NCBI GenBank assembly: GCA_965205265.1
Contig: CBDBGH010000003.1
Location: 1,152,001 to 1,216,000, forward strand
Direction of reading: 5' to 3'
From: Alphaproteobacteria bacterium
GTDB taxonomy: Bacteria; Pseudomonadota; Alphaproteobacteria; Bin95
Length of the DNA: 64,000 bases
In this document: in pieces, positions 38,125 through 47,832 of the stretch
Layout of the letters: each line of letters starts with the position of its first letter
How positions within the stretch are numbered: the stretch's first letter is position 1
Program-made: the position numbers and the translations under genes
The notes under the pieces: generated by a model
Told to the model about the DNA's origin: nothing
The model's database searches: none
Seen by the model: only the letters and a program-made list of their open reading frames with translations

Positions 38125-39068
38125 ACATACTTGTCGTCGGAGGATCGGGGTTCGTCGGCCATGCTATCGTGCGGGCGCTGCTTGCCGAAGGGCGCAGTCT
38201 GTCCCTGCTGAACCGCGGCTCGCGTCCGATCGCGGGCACGGTCCAGCTGACGGCCGACCGGAATGACCCGTCGGCATTGGCGTCCGCCCTCGGGGATCGG
38301 CGCTTCGACGCGGTCGTGGACACGAATTGCTACACCCCGCAGCAGGCCGGGATGCTGGTGGAGGCGCTGGGCGGTCGCGTGGCGACCGCAGCGGTGATAT
38401 CGAGCGTTGCGGTCTATGCCGACAATGTCCGTCAGCCCCCGACCGAAACCGAACCCACCGGCGGCGCGGCTGCATGGGCGGGTTACGGGCGCGACAAGAC
38501 CGAGGTCGAGCATGTCTATGCCGCTGCCGGCTTTGCGGCCGCCACGGCGTTGCGTCCGCCCTATATCTGCGGACCGAACAACAATCTCGACCGGGAAACG
38601 TGGTTCTTCCGCCGGATACTCGCCGGCCGGCCCGTGCTCGTGCCGGGATCCGGGAGCGCCTGGTGCCAGTTCGTGCATGAGGACGACCTAGGCGCGGCCG
38701 TATGCGCATGGCTGCGTCGCGCCGCCGAAGGCTTTCGCGCCTTCAATGTCGCCGACCCCGAGATGATCGCCTCGGCGGAGCTGGTGCGCAGGCTCGCCAG
38801 GGCAGCGGGCCGCGAGGCCGATGTCCGATGCGTCGGGACCGCCAGCGGCGGTGCGCAGGCGAGGGACTGGTTCCCGTTCCATAATGTGCATTGCACGGGC
38901 GACCCGACCGCATTTTCCGAAGCGTTCTCATGGGCGCCGGCGGCCGACCTCGACACGAGGTTTGCCGAGATTTTCAGGCAGTTGTCGGAGACGGGCCGGA
39001 TACCCGCCGACGACTGGACGCCGCTTGAAGAGCGCATTCTGGCCGGTCTGGACGAGAATGCGGGATAG
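38121..39068 (+). CDS. NAD-dependent epimerase/dehydratase family protein
   Basis: GGSGFVG, NRG, ISSVAVY, YGRDK, RPPYICG motifs. Confidence 0.9.
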   Translation: MNILVVGGSGFVGHAIVRALLAEGRSLSLLNRGSRPIAGTVQLTADRNDPSALASALGDRRFDAVVDTNCYTPQQAGMLVEALGGRVATAAVISSVAVYADNVRQPPTETEPTGGAAAWAGYGRDKTEVEHVYAAAGFAAATALRPPYICGPNNNLDRETWFFRRILAGRPVLVPGSGSAWCQFVHEDDLGAAVCAWLRRAAEGFRAFNVADPEMIASAELVRRLARAAGREADVRCVGTASGGAQARDWFPFHNVHCTGDPTAFSEAFSWAPAADLDTRFAEIFRQLSETGRIPADDWTPLEERILAGLDENAG

Positions 39069-39112
39069 CGGCATGGTGCCGCGCAGACCGTGAATTGTGC
39101 CGGGAATCCGGG

Positions 39113-41200
39113 TCAGGGGTCGTTGGACAGATCAGGCGGCGCTGCGCGCGGCGGTGCGGGTACGGAAACGCGCCCGGTGACTTTCGGGCGAAAGGCGGGA
39201 GAGGTCCTGCCGGAGGAGAAGCCGGGGATGGGCCGCACGGGCGCGCCTTCATGCGCCGCCGCCATGAAATCGCGCCAGATGCGCGCCGGCAGGCCGCCGC
39301 CGGTCACCTCGTCCATCGGCGCGCCGTCGTCATTGCCGACCCACACGCCGGCGACCAGGTTGCCGGTGAAGCCGATGAAGAAGGCGTCGCGGAAGGACTG
39401 GCTGGTGCCCGTCTTGCCGGCGGCCGGCCGGCCGGCGAGCCGGGCGGCCCTGCCGGTGCCCTCGTTCACCGCGGCGGACAGCAGGTCGTTCATGGACGCC
39501 ACCACGCCGGGCGCCACGGCCTCGCCCGCGCCGGTGCCGGCCCGCTCGAACACGCCCTCGATCTCCCGAACGCCGTAGGGGATCACGCCTGCGCCGCCAT
39601 TGGCGAAGGTGGCGTAGGCGCCGGTCAGCTCGATCAGCCGCACCGCGCTCGAGCCGAGCGCAATGGTGAGATCGGGCGCGAGGTCCGATGTAATGCCGAG
39701 GCGTCGCGCCGCTTCGGCGACGCGGGCGCGTCCGGCGCGGTCCGCGAGGCGGACGGCGGCGGCATTCAGCGATTGCGCGAAGGCCTCCCGCATGGCGATC
39801 GAGCCCCGGAACCGCCCGTCGAAGTTCCGGGGGGCCCATCCACCCACATTCACGCGGGCGTCGGTCACGGTGCTGTCCGGACTCAGGCCCCGCTCCAGCG
39901 CCGCCATATAGACGAACAGCTTGAAAGCCGAGCCCGGCTGGCGGAGCGCCTGCGTCGCGCGGTTGAACTGGCTGGCGCCGTAGTCCCTGCCGCCGACCAT
40001 GGCCCGCACCGCGCCATCCGGCGACATGGCGACAAGGGCGGCCTGGGACGGGTTCGTCCTGCCCGCCAGCGCTGCGGCGACCGTTTCCGCCGCGAGGCGT
40101 TGCAGGCCGGGATCGAAGGTCGTGGCGATACGGAGGTCCCGGTCCACCAGCCCCAGGCGCCGGTTCACCTGCGCCAGCACCCAGTCGGCGAAATAGCCCC
40201 GCCCGTCCGGTTCCGTTGCGGTCCGCAATGTCGAGGCGGCCGTCCGCGCGGCTTGCTCGGGCGAAATGAAGCCGACGCTTGCCATCGCCTTCAGCACAAG
40301 GCGCCCCCGCTCCGCCGCGCCGCCCGGATTGGCGGCAGGCGACAAGCGGCTCGGCGCTTTCAGCAGGCCGGCAAGCACGGCGGCCTCCCAGAGATCGACT
40401 TCGGCCGCCGGCTTGGAGAAGAAGCGCCGTGCGGCGGCGTCGATGCCGTAGGCTCCGGAACCGAAATACACCCGGTTCAGATACAGCGAGATTATGTGGT
40501 CCTTGTCGTAGCGCCACTCCAGCCAGAAGGCGAGCAGGGCCTCGCGGATTTTCCGCTCGATAGACCGCTCGGGCGTCAGGAAGATGTTTTTGGCAAGCTG
40601 CTGAGTGATCGTGCTGCCGCCCTGGCGCACTCTTCCCTCGACGATGTTGACCCAGAGAGCCCGGACAAGGCCGATCAGATCGATACCGCTATGGTCGTAA
40701 AAGCGCCGGTCCTCGATTGCGATAACCGCGCGCGGCACGTAGTCGGGCAGTTCGGCCGCATTTACCGGGTCGCCGTAAAGATCGCCCTTGGCGAGGAGGG
40801 GATTACCGGCCGCATCGTTGAGAAAAATACCGGGGCGCCGACCGCTTTCCGCGGCCTGTTCGACATCGGGCAGGGTGTAGGAAAAGTAGGCGAGCGCCGC
40901 GATCAGCGCGACCAGGCCCCAGACAAAGGCGACCGCCGTCCCGGAGACGAGGCGCCGCAGAAGGGACCGGCGCGCGCCGCCCGTCTTTCTTGTCCGGCGT
41001 CCGGTCCGGCTCGACGATTTCCGTTTGGGCGCCACATTCCCGGGCCGTTTGTTCCCGAGCGTTCTAGCCGGCGAATGTGGCGATTCCGGGGCCGGCCCGG
41101 ATTTGCCGCCCGACCCTTTGCGCAGGCTCGGACCGCCCCGGCGCCGCTGCCCCGTTCCTTTCCTGCCCGTCCTGTCGCCCTGGCGCGCCATGGGCGTCAT
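39113..41200 (-). CDS. class A penicillin-binding protein (PBP1A family)
   Basis: EDRRFYDH, GGSTITQQ, RKIRE, SAFK, SLN, KTG motifs. Confidence 0.95.
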   Translation of the reverse strand: MTPMARQGDRTGRKGTGQRRRGGPSLRKGSGGKSGPAPESPHSPARTLGNKRPGNVAPKRKSSSRTGRRTRKTGGARRSLLRRLVSGTAVAFVWGLVALIAALAYFSYTLPDVEQAAESGRRPGIFLNDAAGNPLLAKGDLYGDPVNAAELPDYVPRAVIAIEDRRFYDHSGIDLIGLVRALWVNIVEGRVRQGGSTITQQLAKNIFLTPERSIERKIREALLAFWLEWRYDKDHIISLYLNRVYFGSGAYGIDAAARRFFSKPAAEVDLWEAAVLAGLLKAPSRLSPAANPGGAAERGRLVLKAMASVGFISPEQAARTAASTLRTATEPDGRGYFADWVLAQVNRRLGLVDRDLRIATTFDPGLQRLAAETVAAALAGRTNPSQAALVAMSPDGAVRAMVGGRDYGASQFNRATQALRQPGSAFKLFVYMAALERGLSPDSTVTDARVNVGGWAPRNFDGRFRGSIAMREAFAQSLNAAAVRLADRAGRARVAEAARRLGITSDLAPDLTIALGSSAVRLIELTGAYATFANGGAGVIPYGVREIEGVFERAGTGAGEAVAPGVVASMNDLLSAAVNEGTGRAARLAGRPAAGKTGTSQSFRDAFFIGFTGNLVAGVWVGNDDGAPMDEVTGGGLPARIWRDFMAAAHEGAPVRPIPGFSSGRTSPAFRPKVTGRVSVPAPPRAAPPDLSNDP

Positions 41201-41224
41201 ATAGGCCCAAGGTCCGGGCTATTT

Positions 41225-42436
41225 CTAGGCCACGGCGCGGTGGGCCTGGCTTCGCGGCAGGATGAGCAGGCTGCCGAGAAGCTGCATGCCCTTGTCGTCG
41301 TCTCCGGCCGCCCGCTCGCGCAGCGCGAGCAGCGCCCTGCCGCCGGCCGTCTCGCCCCAGAACCAGTCCGAGAGGTCCCGCGAGGCTGCCGCTCCGGGCT
41401 GCGCCGTGGCCGCCTCGGTGTAGAAGGCCATCAGGTCGTCGCAGGCGAGCTTCAGCGCGCGGGAGAGCTTGCGTTCCGGTCCCGGATCGTCCGGCTCCCC
41501 GCCATCGGCGTACCGGCAGATCATCCGGACCGCTTCCTCGATTTCGTAGCCGCTGGCGCCGACCGTGGTCCGCCCGCGCCGTTCCTTCGCAAGATCCCAC
41601 CACGGCCGAAGGCGGGCTATTTCATCCGCGACGAGCCGCTCGCGGTTGCCGTCCGGGGCGGTCTCGGGCCGGGGAAGGGACACGGGACAGGCCCAGCCCT
41701 CGTAATCCGCAGGCTCCGGCGCGGAATCGGGAAATTCCTCCAGCACCGGGCCGGCGGGCCGGTCCAGCAGCGCAAGGGCGGCGCGCAGCACCCGGAGCTG
41801 GAAATCCGGGTTGTCCGGCGCGCCCAGCGGCCGGCCGAGCTCGAAGGGCACGGACAGCGTGCGGGGATTGGCGATGGCCTCGGCATGTTCGTGAACCAGG
41901 GCGATGGCCACCGTGGCGATACCCTCGCGCTCAAGATAGTGGGCGAGCGCGCACACGGCGCGCGTGCAGTTCGGTCAGACGGGCACCAGCAGCGCCGTAT
42001 CCACGCCTTCGGCCCGCATGGCGGCCGCGACATCCTCCGCGAAGGGCTGCATCGGCGCGGGGTCGCTCGCGCCCATGAAGGAATAGTGGTGGTCCGCGAC
42101 GCCGCCGATTTCGCCCGCGGCCGCCATCTCCTTGAGGCGGTCGAGCGGGTAAACGATGTTGAGGTCCTGCTGGAAGCCGGTGCGGTCGTAGTTGACCGAG
42201 ATATGGCTCATCACGATGTCGCCCGCGCCCGCATCGGCCGGCAGCACCCGGTAATCGACGGCCCCGGGGCCGAACGGGCGGTCTCCGCGCCTGCCGAGGC
42301 CGGCGGAGGAAACCACGGCGATCCGGCGTTCGGAAAGGGGGGGCCCGGAGACGAAGGAGCCGCCCTCCATTTCGGGCAGCGGCAGGCGGGCGAGATGCCG
42401 GGCAACGCCCTCCGGCATGTCGGCGTAGCGGGTCAT
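41225..42436 (-). CDS. PrdB/GrdB-like selenoprotein, 403 aa, Sec154 (UGA at 41975-41977)
   Basis: Two in-frame ORFs separated by one TGA read VPV-U-PNC-TRAV; DLNIVYPLDRLKEM, HYSFMG, VPFELGRPLG motifs; AAGGAG SD before ATG 42436. Confidence 0.85.
41944..41974 (-). promoter_or_regulatory. putative bacterial SECIS hairpin
   Basis: UGA, 11 nt, then GCGCGC-CGUGU-GCGCGC; G followed by U at the start of the loop. Confidence 0.65.
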
Positions 42437-42504
42437 GGATGCTCCTTGCGGAATCGGCGACGATGCGCGAAACAACGGGACGACGCTACATAGAGTGAGG
42501 CAAG

Positions 42505-43485
42505 ATGCAGGTCAAAGCCATCCGGATCGACAGGCCGGGACCGCCGTCGGCGATGGAATTGCGCACGGTGACGGTCGGCGAGCCGGGCCCCGGCGAAGCG
42601 CTGATCCGCCATACCGCTGTCGGGTTGAACTATATCGACACCTACCACCGCTCGGGGCTCTACGAACTGCCGCTGCCGAGCGGGATCGGCAGCGAGGGGG
42701 CGGGCGTCGTCGAGGCGGTCGGCGAAGGCGTCGGGCATATAGCGCCGGGCGACAGGGTGGCCTATTCGGGCGGCGCGCCCGGTTCCTATTCGGAAGCGCG
42801 CGTGATGCCCGCCGACCGGCTGGTGAAGCTGCCGGACGACATCGACGACAGGCAGGCCGCAGCCATGATGCTCAAGGGCATGACCGTCGAATATCTGCTG
42901 AACCGCACCTTCAAGGTGTCGCCGGGCCAGACCATCCTGTTCCACGCGGCGGCCGGCGGCGTCGGGCTGATCGCCGGCCAGTGGGCCAAGGCGCTCGGCG
43001 CAACCGTCATCGGCACGGCCGGCGGCCCCGAGAAATGCGAACTGGCCAAGGGTTACGGCTACGACCACATGATCGACTACAAGCAGGGCGGCATCGCCCG
43101 GCAGGTGCGCGAGCTTACGGGCGGGGCCGGCGTTCCGGTGGTCTATGACAGCGTCGGCAAGGCGACCTGGGACGAATCGCTGGACTGCCTCGCGCCGCGC
43201 GGGGTGATGGTGTCTTTCGGCAATGCCTCCGGTCCGGCCGCGCCGTTTGCGCCCGGCATTCTCGCGGCCAAGGGCTCGCTCTACCTGACCCGGCCGTCCC
43301 TGGTGCACTACACGTTGACGCAGCAGGACGTGCAGGCATCGGCCGATGCGCTGTTCGCCATGGTGAGTTCGGGCAAGGTCAGGATCGAGGTGAACCAGAC
43401 CTATGCGCTGGCCGATGCCGCGAAGGCGCATGAGGATCTTGAGGGACGCCGGACCACCGGTTCGACCGTCCTGCTGGTGGAGTAG
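42505..43485 (+). CDS. qor: NADPH:quinone oxidoreductase (zeta-crystallin family)
   Basis: GLNYIDTYHRSGLY, HAAAGGVG, SFGNASG, RRTTGS motifs. Confidence 0.92.
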   Translation: MQVKAIRIDRPGPPSAMELRTVTVGEPGPGEALIRHTAVGLNYIDTYHRSGLYELPLPSGIGSEGAGVVEAVGEGVGHIAPGDRVAYSGGAPGSYSEARVMPADRLVKLPDDIDDRQAAAMMLKGMTVEYLLNRTFKVSPGQTILFHAAAGGVGLIAGQWAKALGATVIGTAGGPEKCELAKGYGYDHMIDYKQGGIARQVRELTGGAGVPVVYDSVGKATWDESLDCLAPRGVMVSFGNASGPAAPFAPGILAAKGSLYLTRPSLVHYTLTQQDVQASADALFAMVSSGKVRIEVNQTYALADAAKAHEDLEGRRTTGSTVLLVE

Positions 43486-43492
43486 CCGCGCG

Positions 43493-44281
43493 ATGTCCGC
43501 AGACACGGTCCTCTACGAGGTGCGCGACGGCCTTGCGCACGTAACGCTCAACCGTCCCGACGCCGCCAACGCCTTCGACCTCGATTTCGTCCGGGCGTTC
43601 CACCGCGTCATGATCGACTGCGACAAGAACAGGGCCGTGCGGGCGGTGCTGCTGACGGGCGCCGGCAAGATGTTCAGCGCCGGCGGCGACCTCAAATTCT
43701 TCCTGCAGGCCGGCGACAGGGTGGCCTCCGTGCTGGCGGAGATGACGACCAGCCTCCATACCGCGATTGCGGTGATGAACCGGATGGACGCTCCGGTCGT
43801 CATCGCGGTCAATGGCATGGCTGCCGGGGGCGGCATGTCGCTTGCGTTGACGGGCGATGTCGTCTTTGCGGGCGAAAGCGCGCGGTTCACCATGGCCTAT
43901 ACCGCCGGCGGCCTCTCGCCGGACGGCAGTTCGACCTGGTTCCTGCCCCGGCTGGTCGGGTTTCGCCGCGCCAAGGAACTGGCGCTGACGAACAGGATGC
44001 TGAGCGCCGCCGAAGCGATGGAGGCCGGCATCGTCGATCGCGTGGTTCCGGACAGCAAGCTGATGGCGGAAGCGGAAAAGCAGGCGCGCCTCTTCGCGGA
44101 CGGCCCGACCGGAGCCTATGGCGCGGTCAAGCGGCTGATGATCGAGAGCTTCCAGAACGGGCTCGAAACGCAGATGGAGCTCGAGTCCCGCGCCATCGCC
44201 GCCCGTGCCGCCAGCGCCGACGGGCGCGAGGGCGTGGGCGCTTTCGCCGAGAAGCGCAAACCGACCTTTACCGGGGAATAA
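43493..44281 (+). CDS. enoyl-CoA hydratase/isomerase family protein
   Basis: LNRPDAANA, FSAGGDL, AAGGG, GLSPDG motifs. Confidence 0.93.
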   Translation: MSADTVLYEVRDGLAHVTLNRPDAANAFDLDFVRAFHRVMIDCDKNRAVRAVLLTGAGKMFSAGGDLKFFLQAGDRVASVLAEMTTSLHTAIAVMNRMDAPVVIAVNGMAAGGGMSLALTGDVVFAGESARFTMAYTAGGLSPDGSSTWFLPRLVGFRRAKELALTNRMLSAAEAMEAGIVDRVVPDSKLMAEAEKQARLFADGPTGAYGAVKRLMIESFQNGLETQMELESRAIAARAASADGREGVGAFAEKRKPTFTGE

Positions 44282-44287
44282 CCGCCG

Positions 44288-45166
44288 ATGAATGCCGCCG
44301 AACTGCCGAAGTCCTTCGTTGAGGTGAAGGGCAGGCGCATGGCCTATACGGAGATGGGCGAGGGCGACCCCGTCGTCTTCCTTCACGGCAACCCGACATC
44401 CTCCTATCTCTGGCGCAACATCATGCCGCATGTGGCAGGGCAGGCCCGCTGCCTGGCGCCCGACCTCATCGGCATGGGCGACAGCGACAAGCTCGACGAC
44501 CCGGGCCCCGGCAGCTACCGCTTCGTCGAGCACCGGGACTATCTGGACGGTTTCCTCGACGCCGTCGGCCTCGGCGGCAATGCCGTGTTCGTCGTCCATG
44601 ACTGGGGCTCGGCGCTCGGCTTCGACTGGGGCAACCGACACCGGGACCGCATGCGGGGCTTCTGCTACATGGAGGCGCTCGTCAGGCCCGTTACTTGGGA
44701 AGAGTGGCCGGAAGCGGCGAAGGCCGTATTTCAGGGTTTCCGCTCGCCGGCGGGCGAAGGGATGGTGCTGGAAAAGAACGTGTTCGTGGAGCGCGTGCTC
44801 CCCGGCTCGATCCTGCGCAAGATGTCCGAAGAGGAAATGGCGGTTTACCGCCGGCCCTTCGCGGCTCCGGGAGAGGACCGCCGCCCGACCCTCACATGGC
44901 CGCGCGAGATCCCGATCTCCGGCGAGCCGGCGGATGTCGTCGGGATCGTGCGCGCCTATTCCGAGTGGCTGGCCGCCTCGGATGTCGCCAAGCTGTTCAT
45001 CGACGCCGAGCCGGGCGCCATCCTGACCGGCCCGCAACGGGAGTTCTGCCTGGGCTGGCCCAACCAGACCGTGGCGAAGGTCAAGGGCAGCCACTTCATC
45101 CAGGAAGACTCCCCCGACGAGATCGGCAAGGCCCTCTCCGACTGGCTGCGCAGCCTGCCGCGGTAG
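44288..45166 (+). CDS. haloalkane dehalogenase (LinB-like)
   Basis: [42 protein letters not shown] motifs. Confidence 0.93.
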   Translation: MNAAELPKSFVEVKGRRMAYTEMGEGDPVVFLHGNPTSSYLWRNIMPHVAGQARCLAPDLIGMGDSDKLDDPGPGSYRFVEHRDYLDGFLDAVGLGGNAVFVVHDWGSALGFDWGNRHRDRMRGFCYMEALVRPVTWEEWPEAAKAVFQGFRSPAGEGMVLEKNVFVERVLPGSILRKMSEEEMAVYRRPFAAPGEDRRPTLTWPREIPISGEPADVVGIVRAYSEWLAASDVAKLFIDAEPGAILTGPQREFCLGWPNQTVAKVKGSHFIQEDSPDEIGKALSDWLRSLPR

Positions 45167-45176
45167 TTCGCCGCCT

Positions 45177-46739
45177 TCAAGCGGGCCGGCCCGATGACGG
45201 CTGCCGGGCCAGCCGCTCGGCGAGCTCCAGCTTGCGGACCTTGCCGGTGGCTGTGACCGGCAGGGCGGCGCGCTCGACGATCTCGATGCGCTGCGGCGTC
45301 TTGTAGGCGGCGAGCTCCGCCCGGCAGGCGCGTTTCAGCGTGTCGGGATCGGGAGACGCGCCGGGTTCTGCGACCACGACCGCCGCGGGCACCTCGCCCT
45401 TCACCGCATCCGGCAGGCCGACGACATAGGCTTCCGCAACGCCGGGCCGGTCCTGCAGGAATGTCTCGATTTCGCGCGGCGCGATATTGATGCCGCCCGA
45501 TTTCAGCATCTCCTTCAGGCGCCCCTGGAACAGCAGCCGGCCGCCATCGTCCCAGGCCGCAAGGTCCCCGGTCTTCATCCAGCCGTCCGCGGTGAAGATT
45601 TCGGAATCGCGCTCCGCATCGTTGTAGTAGCCCGGCATGTTCCGCCCGCGCAGCCAGATTTCGCCCTGCGCGCCGTCGCGGCCGGTTTCGGGATCGACGA
45701 GACGGATGTCCTGCCCGGGCAATGGCCGCCCGCATGTGATGTGCCGTATGTGCAGGGGATCGTCATAATCGCAAACCGCCGAATTCCCATAGGCTTCCGT
45801 CAGGCCGTAAACCTGAAGGATTCGTCCGACCCCGAGCCGTTCGATCAGCGCCATGTCGCCGGGCGTGCCGATGGAGAGGCCGGTCCGCAGCGACGAAAGG
45901 TCCCGCCCCGGCCGGTCCGGATGCTCCCACATCGCATGGGCCATGTTGGGCATGCCGTAGAAGACGGAGCAGCGCTCCCGCTCGATGAGCGCCATCGCCT
46001 CGCCCGGCTCGAAAGCGTGCTGGAGGACGATTGCCGCCCCGTGGGTCAACGCAGCCCCGAGGGCGTTGGCGGCGGCGAAGCTCCAGAAGAGATTGATGGC
46101 GAGCCAGACCCGGTCCTCCGGCCCGAGGCGCATCCGCTCGCCGATGGCGCGCATGTTCTCGATAATGCCGCGATGGGTGAGCTGCGCGCCCTTCGGCATG
46201 GCGGTGGTGCCGGAGGTGAAGAGGATTTGCGCCACATCGTCCGGTTCCGGGCCGGGAAAGGCGCCGGGCTCGCGGCACAGCGCGGACCAGGGCAGGGCGC
46301 CCGGCGGCGTGTCGCCCAGGATGACAACGGTGCCGACATTGTCGAACGCGCCGGCCTCGCGGAGCAGGGCGGGATAGTCCTGCCGGAGATAGCGGTCGGC
46401 GGCGACCAGAAGCCCGATGTCCGACTTGGCGAAGACATGGCGAAGCTCATGGGTGCGGAACCAGGTGTTGATCGCGACAACGCGCGCGCCGAGCGACAGC
46501 GCCGCGAACATGACCGCAAGCCACTCCGGGCAATTGCCCATCAGCAGGCCGACATTGTCGCCCCGCCGGATGCCGTGCGCATGGAGCCCGGCGGCAAGCC
46601 GCGCGGCCTCATCGCGGAAAGCGCCATAGGTCCAGCGTTCGCCGCGATAGACCAGGAATTCGCGGTCGGGCGCGCTATCGGCGAGGGCGTCCAGCAGGCC
46701 GGGCAGCGTGCGAGCGGTCCGGACCGCTTCGGACATCAT
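45177..46739 (-). CDS. AMP-binding acyl-CoA synthetase
   Basis: FTSGTTAMPKG, YGLTE, GWMKTGD, GRLKEM, GKVRK motifs. Confidence 0.93.
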   Translation of the reverse strand: MMSEAVRTARTLPGLLDALADSAPDREFLVYRGERWTYGAFRDEAARLAAGLHAHGIRRGDNVGLLMGNCPEWLAVMFAALSLGARVVAINTWFRTHELRHVFAKSDIGLLVAADRYLRQDYPALLREAGAFDNVGTVVILGDTPPGALPWSALCREPGAFPGPEPDDVAQILFTSGTTAMPKGAQLTHRGIIENMRAIGERMRLGPEDRVWLAINLFWSFAAANALGAALTHGAAIVLQHAFEPGEAMALIERERCSVFYGMPNMAHAMWEHPDRPGRDLSSLRTGLSIGTPGDMALIERLGVGRILQVYGLTEAYGNSAVCDYDDPLHIRHITCGRPLPGQDIRLVDPETGRDGAQGEIWLRGRNMPGYYNDAERDSEIFTADGWMKTGDLAAWDDGGRLLFQGRLKEMLKSGGINIAPREIETFLQDRPGVAEAYVVGLPDAVKGEVPAAVVVAEPGASPDPDTLKRACRAELAAYKTPQRIEIVERAALPVTATGKVRKLELAERLARQPSSGRPA

Positions 46740-47101
46740 CGTTCGCGCGCGGCCTCGACAAGCGGCACGGCGCGCCCGTTATAGACGTCCGGCTTGCGCA
46801 CGCGGACGCGGCACCAGGCGACTTTCGGGTCCTGCAGGCAAAGCTCCAGAAGCTCGTCCACCAGCGTTTCCAGCAGGTCGGTATGCGGACGGTCGGGCCA
46901 CTCGGAGGTCACATGGCGATAGACGCGGTCGTAGTCGATGCAGTCGTCGATGCTCCGCGCCGTCTCCCATTCGGGGCGGGTCATTTCGACATCGACGAGC
47001 AGGCGCTGGCGCCTGCCGGGATGGCGTTCCCAGTCCGCGATGCCCACCCTGGCCTCGACGGCAATGCCTTCGAGGGCCACACGCTGCCAGGTCCGCGTCA
47101 T
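46736..47101 (-). CDS. folB: dihydroneopterin aldolase family protein
   Basis: VGIADWE, QRLLVDV, IDY, LLETL, VRKP motifs. Confidence 0.85.
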   Translation of the reverse strand: MTRTWQRVALEGIAVEARVGIADWERHPGRRQRLLVDVEMTRPEWETARSIDDCIDYDRVYRHVTSEWPDRPHTDLLETLVDELLELCLQDPKVAWCRVRVRKPDVYNGRAVPLVEAARER

Positions 47102-47832
47102 TCCTCGATCATCGCCGTCTCGACGTCCTCATAGTCCTGAAAGCGGAATCCGGCGTCAACATAGAGCGTTTCCCCGGTCACGCTTTTCGTCTCGACCAGG
47201 TAGCGCACCGCCCGAAACAGGTCGTCCAGCGCGATTTCGCGCTCGAGCAGGGTGGAGCGGACGACGGCCCGGTATTCGTCGGCGCTCTGACCGCCGCTCG
47301 GCAGCACCACGCCCGGCGCGACGGCGTTCACGCGCACGGTCGGCGCCAGCGCCTGCGCCAGCATCGTGGTGGCGTTCTGGAGCGCGGTCTTGGCGAGCGT
47401 GTAGGACAGGAAGGACGCGCTCGGCCGCCAGATCTTGAAATCGAGGAAATTGACGGCCACGGCCGGTCGGCCGCGGGCGGCGACGGCCCGGATGAGATTG
47501 ACCGGGGCCGCCAGATTGACCGCGATATTGCGCGCCCAGGTTCCGGCCTCCAGCGTCTCCATGTCGTCATACTCGAAGGTGGACGCGCAGTTGATGAGCA
47601 CATCCACCGGCCCCAGCGCGGCCTCGCAACCGGCGATCAGGGACTCTGCGGCATTCCACTCGGAAAGGTCGGCCGGAAGCAGGGCGGCTTGCCCGATCCG
47701 CGCCGCAAGCGTCTCCGCTTCCGGCCGCGAGCCGTTGTAGTGGATGCCGACGGAGCAGCCCGCCCGCCCGAAGCCGAGCGCCAGATGGCGACCGATTCGC
47801 CGCGCCGCGCCCGTCACCAGCACCACCGTCAT
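47098..47832 (-). CDS. SDR, pteridine reductase (FolM/PTR1-like)
   Basis: TGAARRIG, IHYNGS, NFLD, YTLAK motifs; adjacent to folB. Confidence 0.8.
   Translation of the reverse strand: MTVVLVTGAARRIGRHLALGFGRAGCSVGIHYNGSRPEAETLAARIGQAALLPADLSEWNAAESLIAGCEAALGPVDVLINCASTFEYDDMETLEAGTWARNIAVNLAAPVNLIRAVAARGRPAVAVNFLDFKIWRPSASFLSYTLAKTALQNATTMLAQALAPTVRVNAVAPGVVLPSGGQSADEYRAVVRSTLLEREIALDDLFRAVRYLVETKSVTGETLYVDAGFRFQDYEDVETAMIEE

Noticed and set aside
41225-41956. Independent 243-aa gene, or a nonsense-mutated pseudogene
   Set aside because: The TGA falls at the UxxC position with a SECIS-like hairpin and the GTG lacks an SD, so Sec readthrough explains it better.
39095-42493. 1132-aa plus-strand ORF, and similar long ORFs such as 21716-24232, 32150-34504 and 49587-51599
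   Set aside because: They are antisense shadows of well-supported genes; long stop-free frames are expected at this GC and they show no recognisable motifs.
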